Notes: a model not told the origin generated them from the sequence alone. DNA of 64,000 nucleotides from Candidatus Hadarchaeota archaeon (GCA_964509845.1 CAZDZG010000001.1:4078-68077), one strand, 5' to 3'. Positions 46,083 through 56,781 are shown, counted from the first letter of the stretch. Program-made: numbers and translations.

Positions 46083-47252
46083 ATGAAGGTGGTGCTGGGG
46101 TTCAGCGGGGGGCTGGATACCTGCGCCTGCCTGAAGCTGCTGCAGGAGAGGTACGGGGCCGAGGTGATCACCGTTACGGTGGATGTGGGTCAGAGGAGGG
46201 AGCTCTTCCAGCAGGCGGAGGAGAGGGCCAGGAAGCTGGGGGCGGTAAAGCACGTTTACGTCGACGCGAGGGAAGAATTCGTGAAGGACTATGTGTTCAG
46301 GAGCATAAAGGCCAACGGGTGCTATGAGGGATATCCCCTCTCCATCTCCCTCGCCCGCTATCCCACCGCTCTGTGGATGATCAGGGTGGCCCTGCAGGAG
46401 GGGGCGGAAGCGGTGGCCCACGGCTGTACGGGGAAGGGGAACGACCAGTTCAGGTTCGACCTCACCCTTTCCTCGCAGGCACCGGGTCTGCGCATTCTGG
46501 CCCCCATCAGGGAGCTCAACCTCACCAGGGACGAGGAGGTGAGGTACCTGGAAAAGTACGGCATGTCTTTCCCCTCCGTTCCCTTCACCGTGGACGAGAA
46601 CCTCTGGGGAAGGTCCATAGAAGGAGGGGAGCTGGAGGATCCCATGCAGTCCCCTCCGGAGGAGGCCTTTCAGCTCACACGACACCCCTCCAGGGCCCCC
46701 CGCGAGCCCACCCTCCTCTCGCTGGGCTTTGAAAAAGGGGTACCCGTTTCCCTCAACGGCAAGCGCATGGACGGGGTCGGGTTGATAGGGGAACTCAACC
46801 GGCTGGCCGGCGAGTACGGGGTGGGCAGGATAGACATGATGGAGGACAGGATCCTGGGCCTGAAGGCCAGGGAGGTGTACGAGGCCCCCGCCGCCACGGT
46901 AATCCTCCAAGCCCATGCCGCGCTGGAGGCCCTGGTGCTCACCGGTGAGGAGCTGGCCGTCAAGCGGGCCATAGACCAGAAGTGGAGCGAGATGGTCTAC
47001 CGGGGGAGATGGTTTGATCCCCTCCGGGAGGACCTGGAAGCCTTCATCGATGCCACCCAGGAGAGGGTCACGGGAGAGGTGAAGGTGGAGCTCGCTCCCG
47101 GCAGGGCACAGGTGGTGGGGAGATCCTCCCCCCACTCCCTCTACCGCCGGGACATCATTTCCTTCCACCTCCCGGGCTTCGACCAGCGGATGGCGGCCTC
47201 GGTAACCAAGTTCTACGGCCTCGACGGCAGGTTGCGGGGTTGGGGAAGATGA
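46083..47252 (+). CDS. argG: Argininosuccinate synthase paralogue (copy 2) heading the argCJBDF cluster
   Basis: FSGGLDTC, AHGCTGKGNDQFRF and MMEDRILGLKAREVYEAPAA motifs. Confidence 0.85.
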   Translation: MKVVLGFSGGLDTCACLKLLQERYGAEVITVTVDVGQRRELFQQAEERARKLGAVKHVYVDAREEFVKDYVFRSIKANGCYEGYPLSISLARYPTALWMIRVALQEGAEAVAHGCTGKGNDQFRFDLTLSSQAPGLRILAPIRELNLTRDEEVRYLEKYGMSFPSVPFTVDENLWGRSIEGGELEDPMQSPPEEAFQLTRHPSRAPREPTLLSLGFEKGVPVSLNGKRMDGVGLIGELNRLAGEYGVGRIDMMEDRILGLKAREVYEAPAATVILQAHAALEALVLTGEELAVKRAIDQKWSEMVYRGRWFDPLREDLEAFIDATQERVTGEVKVELAPGRAQVVGRSSPHSLYRRDIISFHLPGFDQRMAASVTKFYGLDGRLRGWGR

Positions 47253-48277
47253 TAAGGGTCTCGCTGGTGGGGGCAGCCGGCTACACGGGAGGGGAGCTTC
47301 TCAGGCTCCTCCTCAGGCATCCGGAGGTGCAGCTGGTGGGGGTTTACGGGGAGGAGCACGCGGGGGCCCCCCTGCGGAGCCTGCACCCCCACCTCTCCAA
47401 CCTGGTGGGCGAGCGAAGGGTGGAAAGGCCAGAGTACGACAGGGTGGGCTCGGAAGCCGAGCTGGTCTTCCTGGCCACCCCCAGCGGGGTGGCCATGAGG
47501 GTGGTACCCAAGCTGCTCGCCAAGGGGGCCAAGGTGGTGGATCTGAGCGCCGACTACCGCTTCGAGGACGTCAGGGTCTACGAGAGGTATTACGGGAAGC
47601 ACGAGAGCCCGGAGGTGAAGGGGGTGTACGGGCTACCCGAGCTTTACAGGGAAAGAATAAGGGAGGCCGACCTCATCGCCAATCCAGGCTGCTATCCCAC
47701 GGCGGCCATCCTCTCCCTCGCCCCCCTTTTCGCGGAGAGGCTGGCGGACCCGGCGAGGGTGGTGGTGGATGCCATAAGCGGGACCTCAGGGGCGGGGAGG
47801 GGACTGAGGGAGGACCTGCACCATCCCATATGCGGGGAGAACCTCAGCGCTTACTCCGCAACCCGCCACCGGCACCTGCCCGAGATTAAGAAGGAACTGG
47901 AGAGGCTGGCGGGGGAGGAGGTGGGCCTGAGCTTCACCCCCCACCTGGCGCCCGTGGTTAGGGGCATCCTCTCCACCTCCCATGTCCTCCTGAGGAGAAG
48001 GAGCTCGAAGGAGGAACTGCTGGACCTTTACCGGAGGTTCTACGAGGGGGAGCCCTTCGTGAGGGTGAGGGAGGAACTTCCGGAGCTCAAGTACGTGGTG
48101 GGCTCAAACTACTGCGACATAGGGCTGGAGGTGGCCGAGGACGGGAGGTGGGTGGTGGTGGTTTCGGCCATCGACAACCTGCTCAAGGGGGGGTCGGGTC
48201 AGGCCGTGCAGAACATGAACATAAGGTTCGGACTCAGGGAAACGGAGGGTCTGGAAGTCCTTCCCATGAGGCCGTGA
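47240..48277 (+). CDS. argC: N-acetyl-gamma-glutamyl-phosphate reductase
   Basis: GAAGYTGGEL NAD motif and a catalytic Cys (GCYPT). Confidence 0.9.
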   Translation: MGKMIRVSLVGAAGYTGGELLRLLLRHPEVQLVGVYGEEHAGAPLRSLHPHLSNLVGERRVERPEYDRVGSEAELVFLATPSGVAMRVVPKLLAKGAKVVDLSADYRFEDVRVYERYYGKHESPEVKGVYGLPELYRERIREADLIANPGCYPTAAILSLAPLFAERLADPARVVVDAISGTSGAGRGLREDLHHPICGENLSAYSATRHRHLPEIKKELERLAGEEVGLSFTPHLAPVVRGILSTSHVLLRRRSSKEELLDLYRRFYEGEPFVRVREELPELKYVVGSNYCDIGLEVAEDGRWVVVVSAIDNLLKGGSGQAVQNMNIRFGLRETEGLEVLPMRP

Positions 48278-48281
48278 GGGT

Positions 48282-49514
48282 ATGGAAGTCAAAAGGCTGA
48301 AAGGGGGCGTGACGGAGGCGGAGGGCTTCCTGGCCGCGGGGGTGAGGGCGGGAATCCGCCCCCGGGGCCTGGACCTCGCCCTCCTGTGCTGTGAGGATGG
48401 GGCTGTTCCTTCGGCGGGGGCCTTCACCACCAGCCTGACCAGGGCAGCCCCGGTCATCCTCACCGCCAAGCACCTCCGCAGGGAGCGCAGGCTCGGGGCC
48501 ATCGTGGCCAACTCGGGCTGCGCCAATTCCTTCACGGCCGAGAGGGGGATGGAGGATGCGAGAAGGATGGCGGAGCTCACGGCCGAGCTCCTAGGCCTGA
48601 AGGTCCACCAGGTGGGGGTGGCCTCCACGGGGATGATAGGAAAGTACCTTCCCATGGAAAAGGTGGAGAGGGGGATCAGGGAGGCCGTGACCAAACTCTC
48701 CTCCTCCCGCAGGGCCTCCCGGGAGGCGGCCAGGGCCATCCTCACCACCGACCGGTCCCCCAAGGAGGTGGCGGTCAGCGTCGAGACGGAGGATGGGACC
48801 GCCGTGACCATAGCGGGGATGGCCAAGGGAGCCGGCATGATCCGTCCCAGGCTGAAAACTGCCACCATGCTGGTCTTCCTGACCACGGATGCCAGGGCGG
48901 ATCCCCTCTTCCTGCGCTCCTGCCTCCAGGAGTCCCTGGACCGAAGCCTGAACATGATAACCGTGGACAACGACACCAGCACCAACGATATGGTCCTCAT
49001 GATGGCCAGCGGGAGGGCGGGAAACAGGGAGCTGAGGCAGAGGGATGAGGGGTTCCAGCGGGGGCTGGACTTCGTCCTTACCGAGCTGGCCAAGATGATC
49101 GTCAGGGGGGCGGAGGGGGCCACCAGGATGATGGAGATCAGGGTGAAAAACGCCAGGAGAGGGGAGGCCAGGAAAGCCGCCCTGACCGTGGCCGGCTCCA
49201 ATCTCCTCAAGGCCGCCCTCTTCGGAGGGGACCCCAACTGGGGCAGGATAGTGGCCGCCCTAGGGTACTCGGGCGCCAGGTTCGACCCGAGGAAGCTAAC
49301 GCTGAAGGTGAAAAGCAGGAGAGGGGAGGTGGTGCTGGTGGAAAAGGGAAGACCCGTGGGAGGGCCGGAGCTGCCGGAGGCCGTGGAGGTGATGAGGGAG
49401 AAGGAGGTGGTTTTTGAGATAGACCTGGGAGAGGAAGGGGGGGAGGAGGCCACGGCCTGGGGATGCGATCTCTCCTACGATTACGTGAAGATCAACTCCA
49501 GGTACCGGAGCTAG
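48282..49514 (+). CDS. argJ: Glutamate N-acetyltransferase / ornithine acetyltransferase
   Basis: ArgJ autoproteolysis site (ATMLVFLTTDA). Confidence 0.9.
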   Translation: MEVKRLKGGVTEAEGFLAAGVRAGIRPRGLDLALLCCEDGAVPSAGAFTTSLTRAAPVILTAKHLRRERRLGAIVANSGCANSFTAERGMEDARRMAELTAELLGLKVHQVGVASTGMIGKYLPMEKVERGIREAVTKLSSSRRASREAARAILTTDRSPKEVAVSVETEDGTAVTIAGMAKGAGMIRPRLKTATMLVFLTTDARADPLFLRSCLQESLDRSLNMITVDNDTSTNDMVLMMASGRAGNRELRQRDEGFQRGLDFVLTELAKMIVRGAEGATRMMEIRVKNARRGEARKAALTVAGSNLLKAALFGGDPNWGRIVAALGYSGARFDPRKLTLKVKSRRGEVVLVEKGRPVGGPELPEAVEVMREKEVVFEIDLGEEGGEEATAWGCDLSYDYVKINSRYRS

Positions 49515-49555
49515 CCGGTAGGATTTAAAAAAGGAAAAGAAAGAGGAAAGCGGGT

Positions 49556-50443
49556 GTGCCGTTGCAGGAGCCGGCAAGCGTTTTGCTGGAGGCCCTTCCC
49601 TACATCAGAAGCTTTCACGGACAGACCATGGTGATAAAGCTGGGAGGGGAGGTGATAGAGAAGAAGAGGACCCTGGACTCCCTCCTTCAGGACATAGTCC
49701 TCCTGCACTACGTGGGGATGAAGCCCGTGGTGGTCCATGGGGGAGGACCCGAGATAACCAGGGAGATGAAAAGGCTGGGGAAGGAACCGGAGTTCGTGGC
49801 GGGGCTGAGGGTCACGGACAAGGAGACCATAGAGATCCTGCACAAGTATCTGGTGGGAAAGCTGAACACGGAGATCGTGCTGGGAATAAACAGGCACGGG
49901 GGAAAGGGGGTGGGGATCTCGGGGATGGATGGCAAGATGATCCTGGCCAGGAAGATCAGGGAGGTCACCACCCCGGAGGGGGAAAGGGTGCAGGTGGATC
50001 TGGGCTTCGTGGGGGAGATAGAGAGGATAGATCCCCACATGGTGAGCTTCCTGCTGGCCAACGGCTACATCCCCGTCCTCTCCCCCCTGGGCGTGGATGA
50101 GGAGGGGAGGAGCCTGAACCTGAACGCGGATACGGTGGCGGCGGAGCTGGCCATCGTGATGGGTGCGAAGAAGCTCATCCTCCTCACCAACGTGAAGGGT
50201 GTTCTAAGGGATCCCAAGGACGAGAGCACCCTCATCTCCCGGCTGACGGTGGAGGAGGCCAAGGCCCTGCTTGCCTCGGGGGTGGTGACGGGGGGAATGA
50301 TTCCCAAGCTCAAGGCCTGTATCAGGGCGGTGGAGGGGGGGGTGGAGAGGGCCCACATCCTCCAGGGGACGATGCCCCATGCCCTGCTCCTGGAGCTCCT
50401 GACGGACAAGGGAGCCGGAACGATGATAGAAAAGGGAAGCTAG
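49556..50443 (+). CDS. argB: Acetylglutamate kinase
   Basis: AAK-family pattern (VIKLGGEV...VVHGGGP); GTG start. Confidence 0.9.
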   Translation: MPLQEPASVLLEALPYIRSFHGQTMVIKLGGEVIEKKRTLDSLLQDIVLLHYVGMKPVVVHGGGPEITREMKRLGKEPEFVAGLRVTDKETIEILHKYLVGKLNTEIVLGINRHGGKGVGISGMDGKMILARKIREVTTPEGERVQVDLGFVGEIERIDPHMVSFLLANGYIPVLSPLGVDEEGRSLNLNADTVAAELAIVMGAKKLILLTNVKGVLRDPKDESTLISRLTVEEAKALLASGVVTGGMIPKLKACIRAVEGGVERAHILQGTMPHALLLELLTDKGAGTMIEKGS

Positions 50444-51631
50444 ATGAGAAGGTTCTTTGAGCTGGATCGAAGGTACCTGGCCCAGACCTACAAGCGAATG
50501 CCGGTGGTTTTCGAAAGGGGAAGGGGCATTTTCCTCTGGGACCTGAACGGCAAAAGGTACCTCGACTTCGTCTCAGGAGTTTCCGTGAGCCTGCTTGGCC
50601 ACGCCGACCCCGAGCTATGCCTTGCGCTATGCCGGCAGGCAAGGAGGCTCATCCACATGACCAACCTGGTTTACATAAGGGAGCAGGCGGAGCTGGGGAG
50701 GGAGCTGGCCAGGATAGCCCCGGGGAGGATTGACAAGTTTTTCTTCTGCAACTCCGGGGCGGAGAGTGTGGAAACGGCGCTGAAGCTGTCGGTGAAGCAC
50801 ACGGGCAGGAGAAAGATCGTGGTGATGGAGAATTCCTTCCACGGGAGGACGCTCGGGGCCCTCTCCGCCACCTGGAAGCCCTCGTACCGGCAGCCCTTCG
50901 AACCCCTCCTACTCCCCAACTTTCAGTTCATACCCTTCAACGACCTCTCCGCGGCCGAGCGAGCGGTGGATGAGGAGACGGCCGCGGTGCTGGTGGAGCC
51001 CATCCAGGGGGAGGGGGGGGTGAGGGTGGCCTCCCCTGAGTTCCTGCCAGGTCTGAGGAAGCTGTGCGACGAGAGGGGGGCCCTCCTCATCCTGGATGAG
51101 GTGCAGACCGGGATGGGCAGAACGGGTAGGTGGTTCGCCTGCGAGCACTGGAGGGTGGAGCCCGACATCCTAACGCTGGCCAAGGGGCTGGGCGGGGGGG
51201 TTCCCATAGGATGCACGGGGGCCAGGAGCGAGGTAATGGCCAGCTTTTCCCCCGGGGATCACGGGAGCACCTTCGGGGGGAATCCCCTGGCCTGCACGGC
51301 CGCCCTAACCGTAATAAGGATACTGAAGAGGAGGAAACTGGTCAGGAGGGCGGACAGAATGGGGAGATACTTCCTGAGGGGCCTGCAGGAGCTGGAGGAG
51401 GACCATCCCTCGGTGCGGGAGGTCAGGGGGAAGGGACTGATGCTGGGGATGGAGCTGGATAAGGAGGAAAGGGCGGAGGAGGTGGTCATGGGGGCTCTGA
51501 AAAAGGGTTTCCTCCTGAACGTCACGGCTGGCAGGGTCCTGAGGTTCCTCCCTCCGCTGGTGGTGGAGCGCTCCCACATCGATGCCCTCCTCTCCCTCCT
51601 CGACGAGCTGCTCAGGGGGTCGGGGGGATGA
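50444..51631 (+). CDS. argD: Acetylornithine aminotransferase
   Basis: Class III PLP aminotransferase (DEVQTGMGRTG). Confidence 0.9.
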   Translation: MRRFFELDRRYLAQTYKRMPVVFERGRGIFLWDLNGKRYLDFVSGVSVSLLGHADPELCLALCRQARRLIHMTNLVYIREQAELGRELARIAPGRIDKFFFCNSGAESVETALKLSVKHTGRRKIVVMENSFHGRTLGALSATWKPSYRQPFEPLLLPNFQFIPFNDLSAAERAVDEETAAVLVEPIQGEGGVRVASPEFLPGLRKLCDERGALLILDEVQTGMGRTGRWFACEHWRVEPDILTLAKGLGGGVPIGCTGARSEVMASFSPGDHGSTFGGNPLACTAALTVIRILKRRKLVRRADRMGRYFLRGLQELEEDHPSVREVRGKGLMLGMELDKEERAEEVVMGALKKGFLLNVTAGRVLRFLPPLVVERSHIDALLSLLDELLRGSGG

Positions 51632-52566
51632 AGAGGGACCTGCTGGGCATGGAGGACCTGAGCAGGGAGGAGGTGGAGGAGCTCCTCAGGCTGGCCTCGG
51701 TTTACAAGGAGCGGAGGGGTAGGCACGATCAGGACCTGCGGGGGAAAAGCGTGGCCCTGCTTTTCGAGAGGCCCTCCACCCGAACCAGGGTGTCCTTCGA
51801 GGTGGCCATTTACGAAATGGGGGGCAATCCCCTTTTCCTGAGCTCCCAGGAGCTCCAGCTGAGCAGGGGGGAGACGATAGCCGACACCGCCAGAACCCTC
51901 AGCCGCTACGTTCACGGCATCGTGGCCAGGGTCTCCTCCCACTCCCACCTGGTGGAGCTGGCCAAGCACAGCACGGTTCCCGTGATCAACGCCCTGAGCC
52001 CCCTCCAGCATCCCTGCCAGGCCCTGGCCGATCTGCTCACCATGCTGGAGCACAAAGGGAGGCTGGAGGGGCTAAAGGTGGCCTGGGTGGGGGACGGGAA
52101 CAACGTCTGCACCTCCCTCATGCTGGGGTGCTCCACCATGGGATGCCACTTCTCCGCCGCCATACCCCAGGGATATGAGCCTCCCCAGGAGTTGGTGGAG
52201 GAGGCGCACCGCAGGGCCGAGAGGAGCGGGGGAAGCGTCAGGATCCTCCACCGCCCTGCGGAGGCCGTTTCGGGGGCGGACGTGGTGTACACCGACGTCT
52301 TCATCTCCATGGGGAAAGAACATGAAAGGGAGAGGAGGGAGAGGGACTTCCGGGGCTTCCAGGTCAACTCGGAGCTCCTCTCCCTGGCCGATCCGCGGGT
52401 GATCTTCATGCACTGCCTCCCCGCCCACCGGGGTGAGGAGGTCACCGACGAGGTCCTGGACGGACCACACTCGGTGGTCTTCGACCAGGCTGAAAACAGG
52501 CTCCACGTTCAGAAGGCCGTCCTCTTCAAGTTCCTGCAGGGGTCAGGGCTCCCCGGAGCATCCTGA
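51628..52566 (+). CDS. argF: Ornithine carbamoyltransferase
   Basis: STRTR and HCLP motifs. Confidence 0.9.
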   Translation: MKRDLLGMEDLSREEVEELLRLASVYKERRGRHDQDLRGKSVALLFERPSTRTRVSFEVAIYEMGGNPLFLSSQELQLSRGETIADTARTLSRYVHGIVARVSSHSHLVELAKHSTVPVINALSPLQHPCQALADLLTMLEHKGRLEGLKVAWVGDGNNVCTSLMLGCSTMGCHFSAAIPQGYEPPQELVEEAHRRAERSGGSVRILHRPAEAVSGADVVYTDVFISMGKEHERERRERDFRGFQVNSELLSLADPRVIFMHCLPAHRGEEVTDEVLDGPHSVVFDQAENRLHVQKAVLFKFLQGSGLPGAS

Positions 52567-53686
52567 CCAGGGCTCCGGGTCCCAGGCCGGAGAGGAGGAG
52601 GGGAAGGTTCAGGAGAAGGGGGCCCAGCAGGGTGGAGTGCCGATCGAAGTCGGCCGCACGCAGGATCTCCTCCTTCACCTCCCGTAGGATCCTGACCAGG
52701 AGGTCCAGCTCCCGATCCGACAGGGGGATCAGAAGCCTCCTGAGCATCCTCCCTATCCTGAGCTCCCTTCCAAAGCATCTTTCCACCTCCCTGGGGTAGA
52801 GTTTCAGCTGTTCCTTCCCCCTCTCCAGCGAGAGGGAAAGGGCGCGGGAGGCCAGGAGGGAACAGGAAAGTCCCAGGTAGAGCCCCCCTCCGGTCAGGGG
52901 CTTCACCTGACAGGCCGCGTCCCCCACCAGCAGGATGGATCCCCTGAGGATGGTGCGGGGGGGATCGTAGGGGATGAGGCCGAAGGAGGTTTTCCCCGGC
53001 TTCCCCCTGAGGCGGGGGGAGAGGAGCCGGAGGAGGGAACGGAGGACCTCACCAGGATCCCCGCGCAGGGTTCCCACCCCTACCCTCACCCTCTCCCCCG
53101 CCGGAACCAGCCAGCCGAAGAGCCCCACGGTGCGGCTGCTCAGGTAGACCTCGGCGGTGTCGGGTTCGGCCTCCCCCCTCACCTCCACCTGCGCACACCT
53201 CAGGTACCTCCTCCTCCCCACCATTCCACTTCTCCTGGCCACGAGGGAAGCGGCCCCATCCGCCCCCACCAGCACCTTCCCCTCCACCTCCTCCCCCCCC
53301 TGAAGCCTCACGGTTCCCCCCCTTACGTCCAGGCACCTCGTCCCCAGCCGCAGCTCCGCCCCCGCCTCCTGCGCCCTCTCCGCCAGGTGGCGATCGAAGG
53401 CCTCCCTGTCCAGCACCAGCGCCTCCACCCTTCCCCTGTCCAGCTCCAGCACCTCACCGGAGGGGGAGCGGATCAGGCCCCTCCTCAGCCCGCTCAGGGC
53501 GAACCTCTCCACCCTCAACCCCAGCCTCCTCATTCCCTCCCTCCCCACCACCCCCGTGCAGCGCACCGGCCTACCCACGGCCCCGTGCTCCTCCAGGATC
53601 AGGACATCAAAACCCTCCCTCGCCACCTTCTCGGCCAGAAAGCAGCCGGAGGGTCCTCCTCCCACCACCAGCACTTCCCTCTCCAA
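52526..53686 (-). CDS. Geranylgeranyl reductase-family FAD-dependent oxidoreductase
   Basis: VVGGGPSG FAD motif and a GDAA motif; overlaps the argF 3' end convergently. Confidence 0.75.
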   Translation of the reverse strand: MEREVLVVGGGPSGCFLAEKVAREGFDVLILEEHGAVGRPVRCTGVVGREGMRRLGLRVERFALSGLRRGLIRSPSGEVLELDRGRVEALVLDREAFDRHLAERAQEAGAELRLGTRCLDVRGGTVRLQGGEEVEGKVLVGADGAASLVARRSGMVGRRRYLRCAQVEVRGEAEPDTAEVYLSSRTVGLFGWLVPAGERVRVGVGTLRGDPGEVLRSLLRLLSPRLRGKPGKTSFGLIPYDPPRTILRGSILLVGDAACQVKPLTGGGLYLGLSCSLLASRALSLSLERGKEQLKLYPREVERCFGRELRIGRMLRRLLIPLSDRELDLLVRILREVKEEILRAADFDRHSTLLGPLLLNLPLLLSGLGPGALVRMLRGALTPAGT

Positions 53687-53721
53687 CTTCTCTCAAGCCT
53701 TAAGAGGGAGGGGGATAAAGG

Positions 53722-54036
53722 ATGAAGATGAAGGCTGTTTTTTACGCCCTGGCGGGCGCGCTCCTTCTCCTCCTTCCCGGTTTCCTCCTGAGCCTGGTGG
53801 CCTACCCTGAGAAGGACCGGTTGAGCCTCCCCCTGAGGATGGCCGTCAGCCTGGGACTGGGGGTCCTCCTCAACGTCTACCTGGGCATCTTGCTGGGAAG
53901 GCTGGGCCTCCTGCGGACCTCCCCCTTTCTCCTCTCCAACCTCCTCCTCTGCGCCGGGCTGGCCGTCGCGGCCTTCGCCAGGGGGGCCTATCCCTTTCAC
54001 CAGCTCCGGAGGGTGAGGGGTCAGGAGGGAAAATGA
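53722..54036 (+). CDS. Hypothetical small membrane protein (3 predicted TM segments)
   Basis: Hydrophobic ORF; first gene of a tightly packed operon. Confidence 0.4.
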   Translation: MKMKAVFYALAGALLLLLPGFLLSLVAYPEKDRLSLPLRMAVSLGLGVLLNVYLGILLGRLGLLRTSPFLLSNLLLCAGLAVAAFARGAYPFHQLRRVRGQEGK

Positions 54037-54213
54037 ATGGGCATCCCGGAGAGCTACCGCAGCCACTACATCTACCAGATCCTGCAGGGGTGGAGGTTCT
54101 CCAGGTTCCTGAGGGAGAGGTACCAGCTGACCATGGAGGATTATGAGAAGCTTGAGGAGTCCAAGAGGAAGGAAATCTGGGAGGAGTTCCTGAGGTACTG
54201 CGGAAGGAACTGA
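54037..54213 (+). CDS. Candidate 58-aa protein (not in the ORF track)
   Basis: Manual translation MGIPESYRSHYIYQILQGWRFSRFLRERYQLTMEDYEKLEESKRKEIWEEFLRYCGRN. Composition is not low-complexity, and the ORF is flush with the neighbouring stop and start codons. Confidence 0.35.
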   Translation: MGIPESYRSHYIYQILQGWRFSRFLRERYQLTMEDYEKLEESKRKEIWEEFLRYCGRN

Positions 54214-54215
54214 AC

Positions 54216-55148
54216 ATGAGAAGGGTCCTGCTGGACATGGATCCGGGGATAGACGATGCCCTGGCCCTTCTCCTGGCCCTGCGCTCCCCGGAGCTGGAGG
54301 TGGAGGCCATCACGACGGTCGCCGGAAACGTGGAGGTGGAGAAGACCACGCGGAACGCCCTTAGGCTCCTGGAGGCCCTGGCCCTGCGCTCCCCGCCTGT
54401 GGCCGGGGGATGCTCAGGGCCCCTGATTCGTCCCCTTCTTACGGCCAAGCACGTTCACGGAGAGGATGGGCTGGGGGGAGTGGCCCTCCCCGAACCCAGT
54501 CTGTCCCCCCTGCCCAGGCACGCGGTGCAGGTGATGGCGGAGGTCGTGGGGAGGGGGGCCAGCGTGGTCTGCACGGGTCCCCTCACCAACCTGGCCCTCG
54601 CCCTCCTCCTCCACCCGCGGGAGCTGAGAGGGGCAAGGGAGGTGGTGGTGATGGGAGGGGCTTACGGCCTCTCCCCCTTCGGCCACGGGAATGTCACGCC
54701 GGTGGCGGAGTACAACGTGTACGTGGATCCGGAGGCGGCCGAGCTGGTCTTCGGCTCCGGCCTCCCCCTGCTGGCGGTCGGCCTGGACGTCACCATGGAC
54801 CCCTCGGCCATGCTCTCGCGCCGGGAATACGTTAAGCTGAAGAGGGCCGGGACCAGGGAAGCTGAGCTGGCGGCCAGGCTCCTCCGTCCCCTGCTGGAGA
54901 GGTTCGACAGGGTGGCCCTCCACGATCCCATGGCGGTCGCCGCCCTCCTGGATCCATCCCTCTTCCGGGTGGGGAGGTACGAGGTGAGGGTGGAAACCAG
55001 GGGGGAGCTCACGAGGGGACAGACGGTGGTGGATAGGAGGGGATTCTCCCTTCCGGGGGAGGAATGGAGGGGTCACAGGATAAAGATCTGCGAGGAGGTG
55101 GACGGAGAGGGTTTCCGCCAGCTCTTCCTGGAGAGGTTGATGGGTTGA
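54216..55148 (+). CDS. Inosine-uridine-preferring nucleoside hydrolase family protein
   Basis: DMDPGIDDALAL N-terminal aspartate cluster. Confidence 0.85.
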   Translation: MRRVLLDMDPGIDDALALLLALRSPELEVEAITTVAGNVEVEKTTRNALRLLEALALRSPPVAGGCSGPLIRPLLTAKHVHGEDGLGGVALPEPSLSPLPRHAVQVMAEVVGRGASVVCTGPLTNLALALLLHPRELRGAREVVVMGGAYGLSPFGHGNVTPVAEYNVYVDPEAAELVFGSGLPLLAVGLDVTMDPSAMLSRREYVKLKRAGTREAELAARLLRPLLERFDRVALHDPMAVAALLDPSLFRVGRYEVRVETRGELTRGQTVVDRRGFSLPGEEWRGHRIKICEEVDGEGFRQLFLERLMG

Positions 55149-56068
55149 TCCCCCGGCTGGTGGTGGTGGGAAGCCTGCACGTGGATCTGGTGCTTAGGGT
55201 GAGCAGGCTTCCCAAGGCGGGGGAAACCGTGCTGGGGGAGGAACTGAGGGTGGGAATGGGCGGGAAGGGGGCCAACCAGGCGGTGGCGGCGGCCAGGCTG
55301 GGGGCCAGGGTCTGGATGGTGGGAAAGGTGGGAAGGGATGAGGAGGGGAGGAGGATGGTGGAGGAGCTGCGCAGGGAGGGGGTGGACGTCTCTCACGTGA
55401 GGGAGGACCGGAGACCCTCGGGAAGGGCCCTCATCCTGGTGGAGAGAGGGGGGGAGAACATGATAGGAGTTTACCCCGGCGCGGATCTGGGGTGCGGGAG
55501 GAGGGAGGTGGAGGAGGCCGGGGATCTCATCAGGGGGGCGGATCTCCTCCTCACCCAGTTGGAGATACCGCTCCCGGCCGTGAGGAGGGCGTTGGAGCTG
55601 GCGGGGGGAAGGAGCCTCCTCAACCTGGCCCCCTACCGCCCCTTGCCCGAGGAGGTTTGGAAAAGGGCGGGAGTGGTGGTGGCCAACAGGGTGGAGGCGG
55701 GGCAGGCGGTGGGAGGGGGGAGGGTGGAGGAGGTGGCCAGGAGGCTCCTGGAGAAGGGGCCGAAGGGAGTGGTGATAACCCTGGGGGAGAGGGGCGCCTA
55801 CTTCCTGACGGAGGAGGAGGGGGGAAGGGTTCCGGGGGTAAGGGTGAGGGTCAGGGATAGCACGGGGGCGGGGGATGCGTTCTGCGGGGCCCTGGCCGTG
55901 GCGCTGGCTTCGGGCAGGCCCTTGGAGGAAGCCGTGTGGTGGGCCAACTGCGCCGGGGCCCTGGCCACCACCAGGATGGGCGCCCGGGAAGCCCTCCCCT
56001 TCCGCGAGGAGGTGGAACGCCTCTTCCGGAGGGCGAAGAATTTAAGGGTGAGAGAAAGAAGAAGGGTT

Positions 56069-56083
<15 letters not shown>
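55145..56083 (+). CDS. rbsK: Ribokinase (PfkB family)
   Basis: GGKGANQA and GAGDAF motifs. Probable TTG start overlapping the hydrolase stop; the earlier part of the track ORF is in another frame over the hydrolase gene. Confidence 0.75.
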
Positions 56084-56144
<61 letters not shown>

Positions 56145-56222
56145 CAGTCCCCTTTTGAAACCCCAGCGCCCGGAGCTACGGATGCTGGAGGGAAAAGAGG
56201 GGAGGGAGGAACCATCGCAGAG

Positions 56223-56777
56223 CTAGCCCAGAGGAAAAACCCTGAGATCCTCGTAGATGGGGCCCTCGGATGTAAGCGTGCTCTTCTTCAGGTGGACCTC
56301 CCTCACCTCCACCCTTCCGAACTCCTCCTTCCTTCCCCTTTCCACCGCCCGCAGAAGGGTTTCCCTGCTCTCCACCTTCTTCACCCTGGCCAGCGTGAGG
56401 TGGGGGACGAACTCTGTGTCCCTGGGAAAACCCAGCTTGGCCAGCTCCCTGTCCAGACTCCTCTGCAGGGAGGAGAGGGCCTCCCACCCCTCCCCCACCC
56501 CGGCCCAGATCACCCTCACGTACTGCGGGCTGGGAAAGACCCCCGTCCCCTTCACCTCCATGACGAAGGGGGAAAACCCTCTCACCCCCCTCCTCAGGGC
56601 TTCCTCCACCTCCCCCAGCCTTCCCTCCTCCACCTCCCCCAGGAACTTCAGGGTGAGGTGAAGGTTCTCGGGCTCCACCAGCTTCAGGGTGGCCCCCGCC
56701 TGCAGGAGCTGGTGCTGGAACCTCACCAGCCTGTCCCGCATCTCCTCGCTTATCTCCACGGCTACGAAGGACCTCAT
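56223..56777 (-). CDS. RNA 2',3'-cyclic phosphodiesterase (LigT/ThpR, 2H phosphoesterase)
   Basis: Two HxTx motifs (HLTLKF and HLTLAR). Confidence 0.85.
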   Translation of the reverse strand: MRSFVAVEISEEMRDRLVRFQHQLLQAGATLKLVEPENLHLTLKFLGEVEEGRLGEVEEALRRGVRGFSPFVMEVKGTGVFPSPQYVRVIWAGVGEGWEALSSLQRSLDRELAKLGFPRDTEFVPHLTLARVKKVESRETLLRAVERGRKEEFGRVEVREVHLKKSTLTSEGPIYEDLRVFPLG

Positions 56778-56781
56778 CCCC

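Noticed and set aside
46050-47168. 372-aa minus-strand ORF
   Set aside because: It is antisense to the argG paralogue and its composition is low-complexity.
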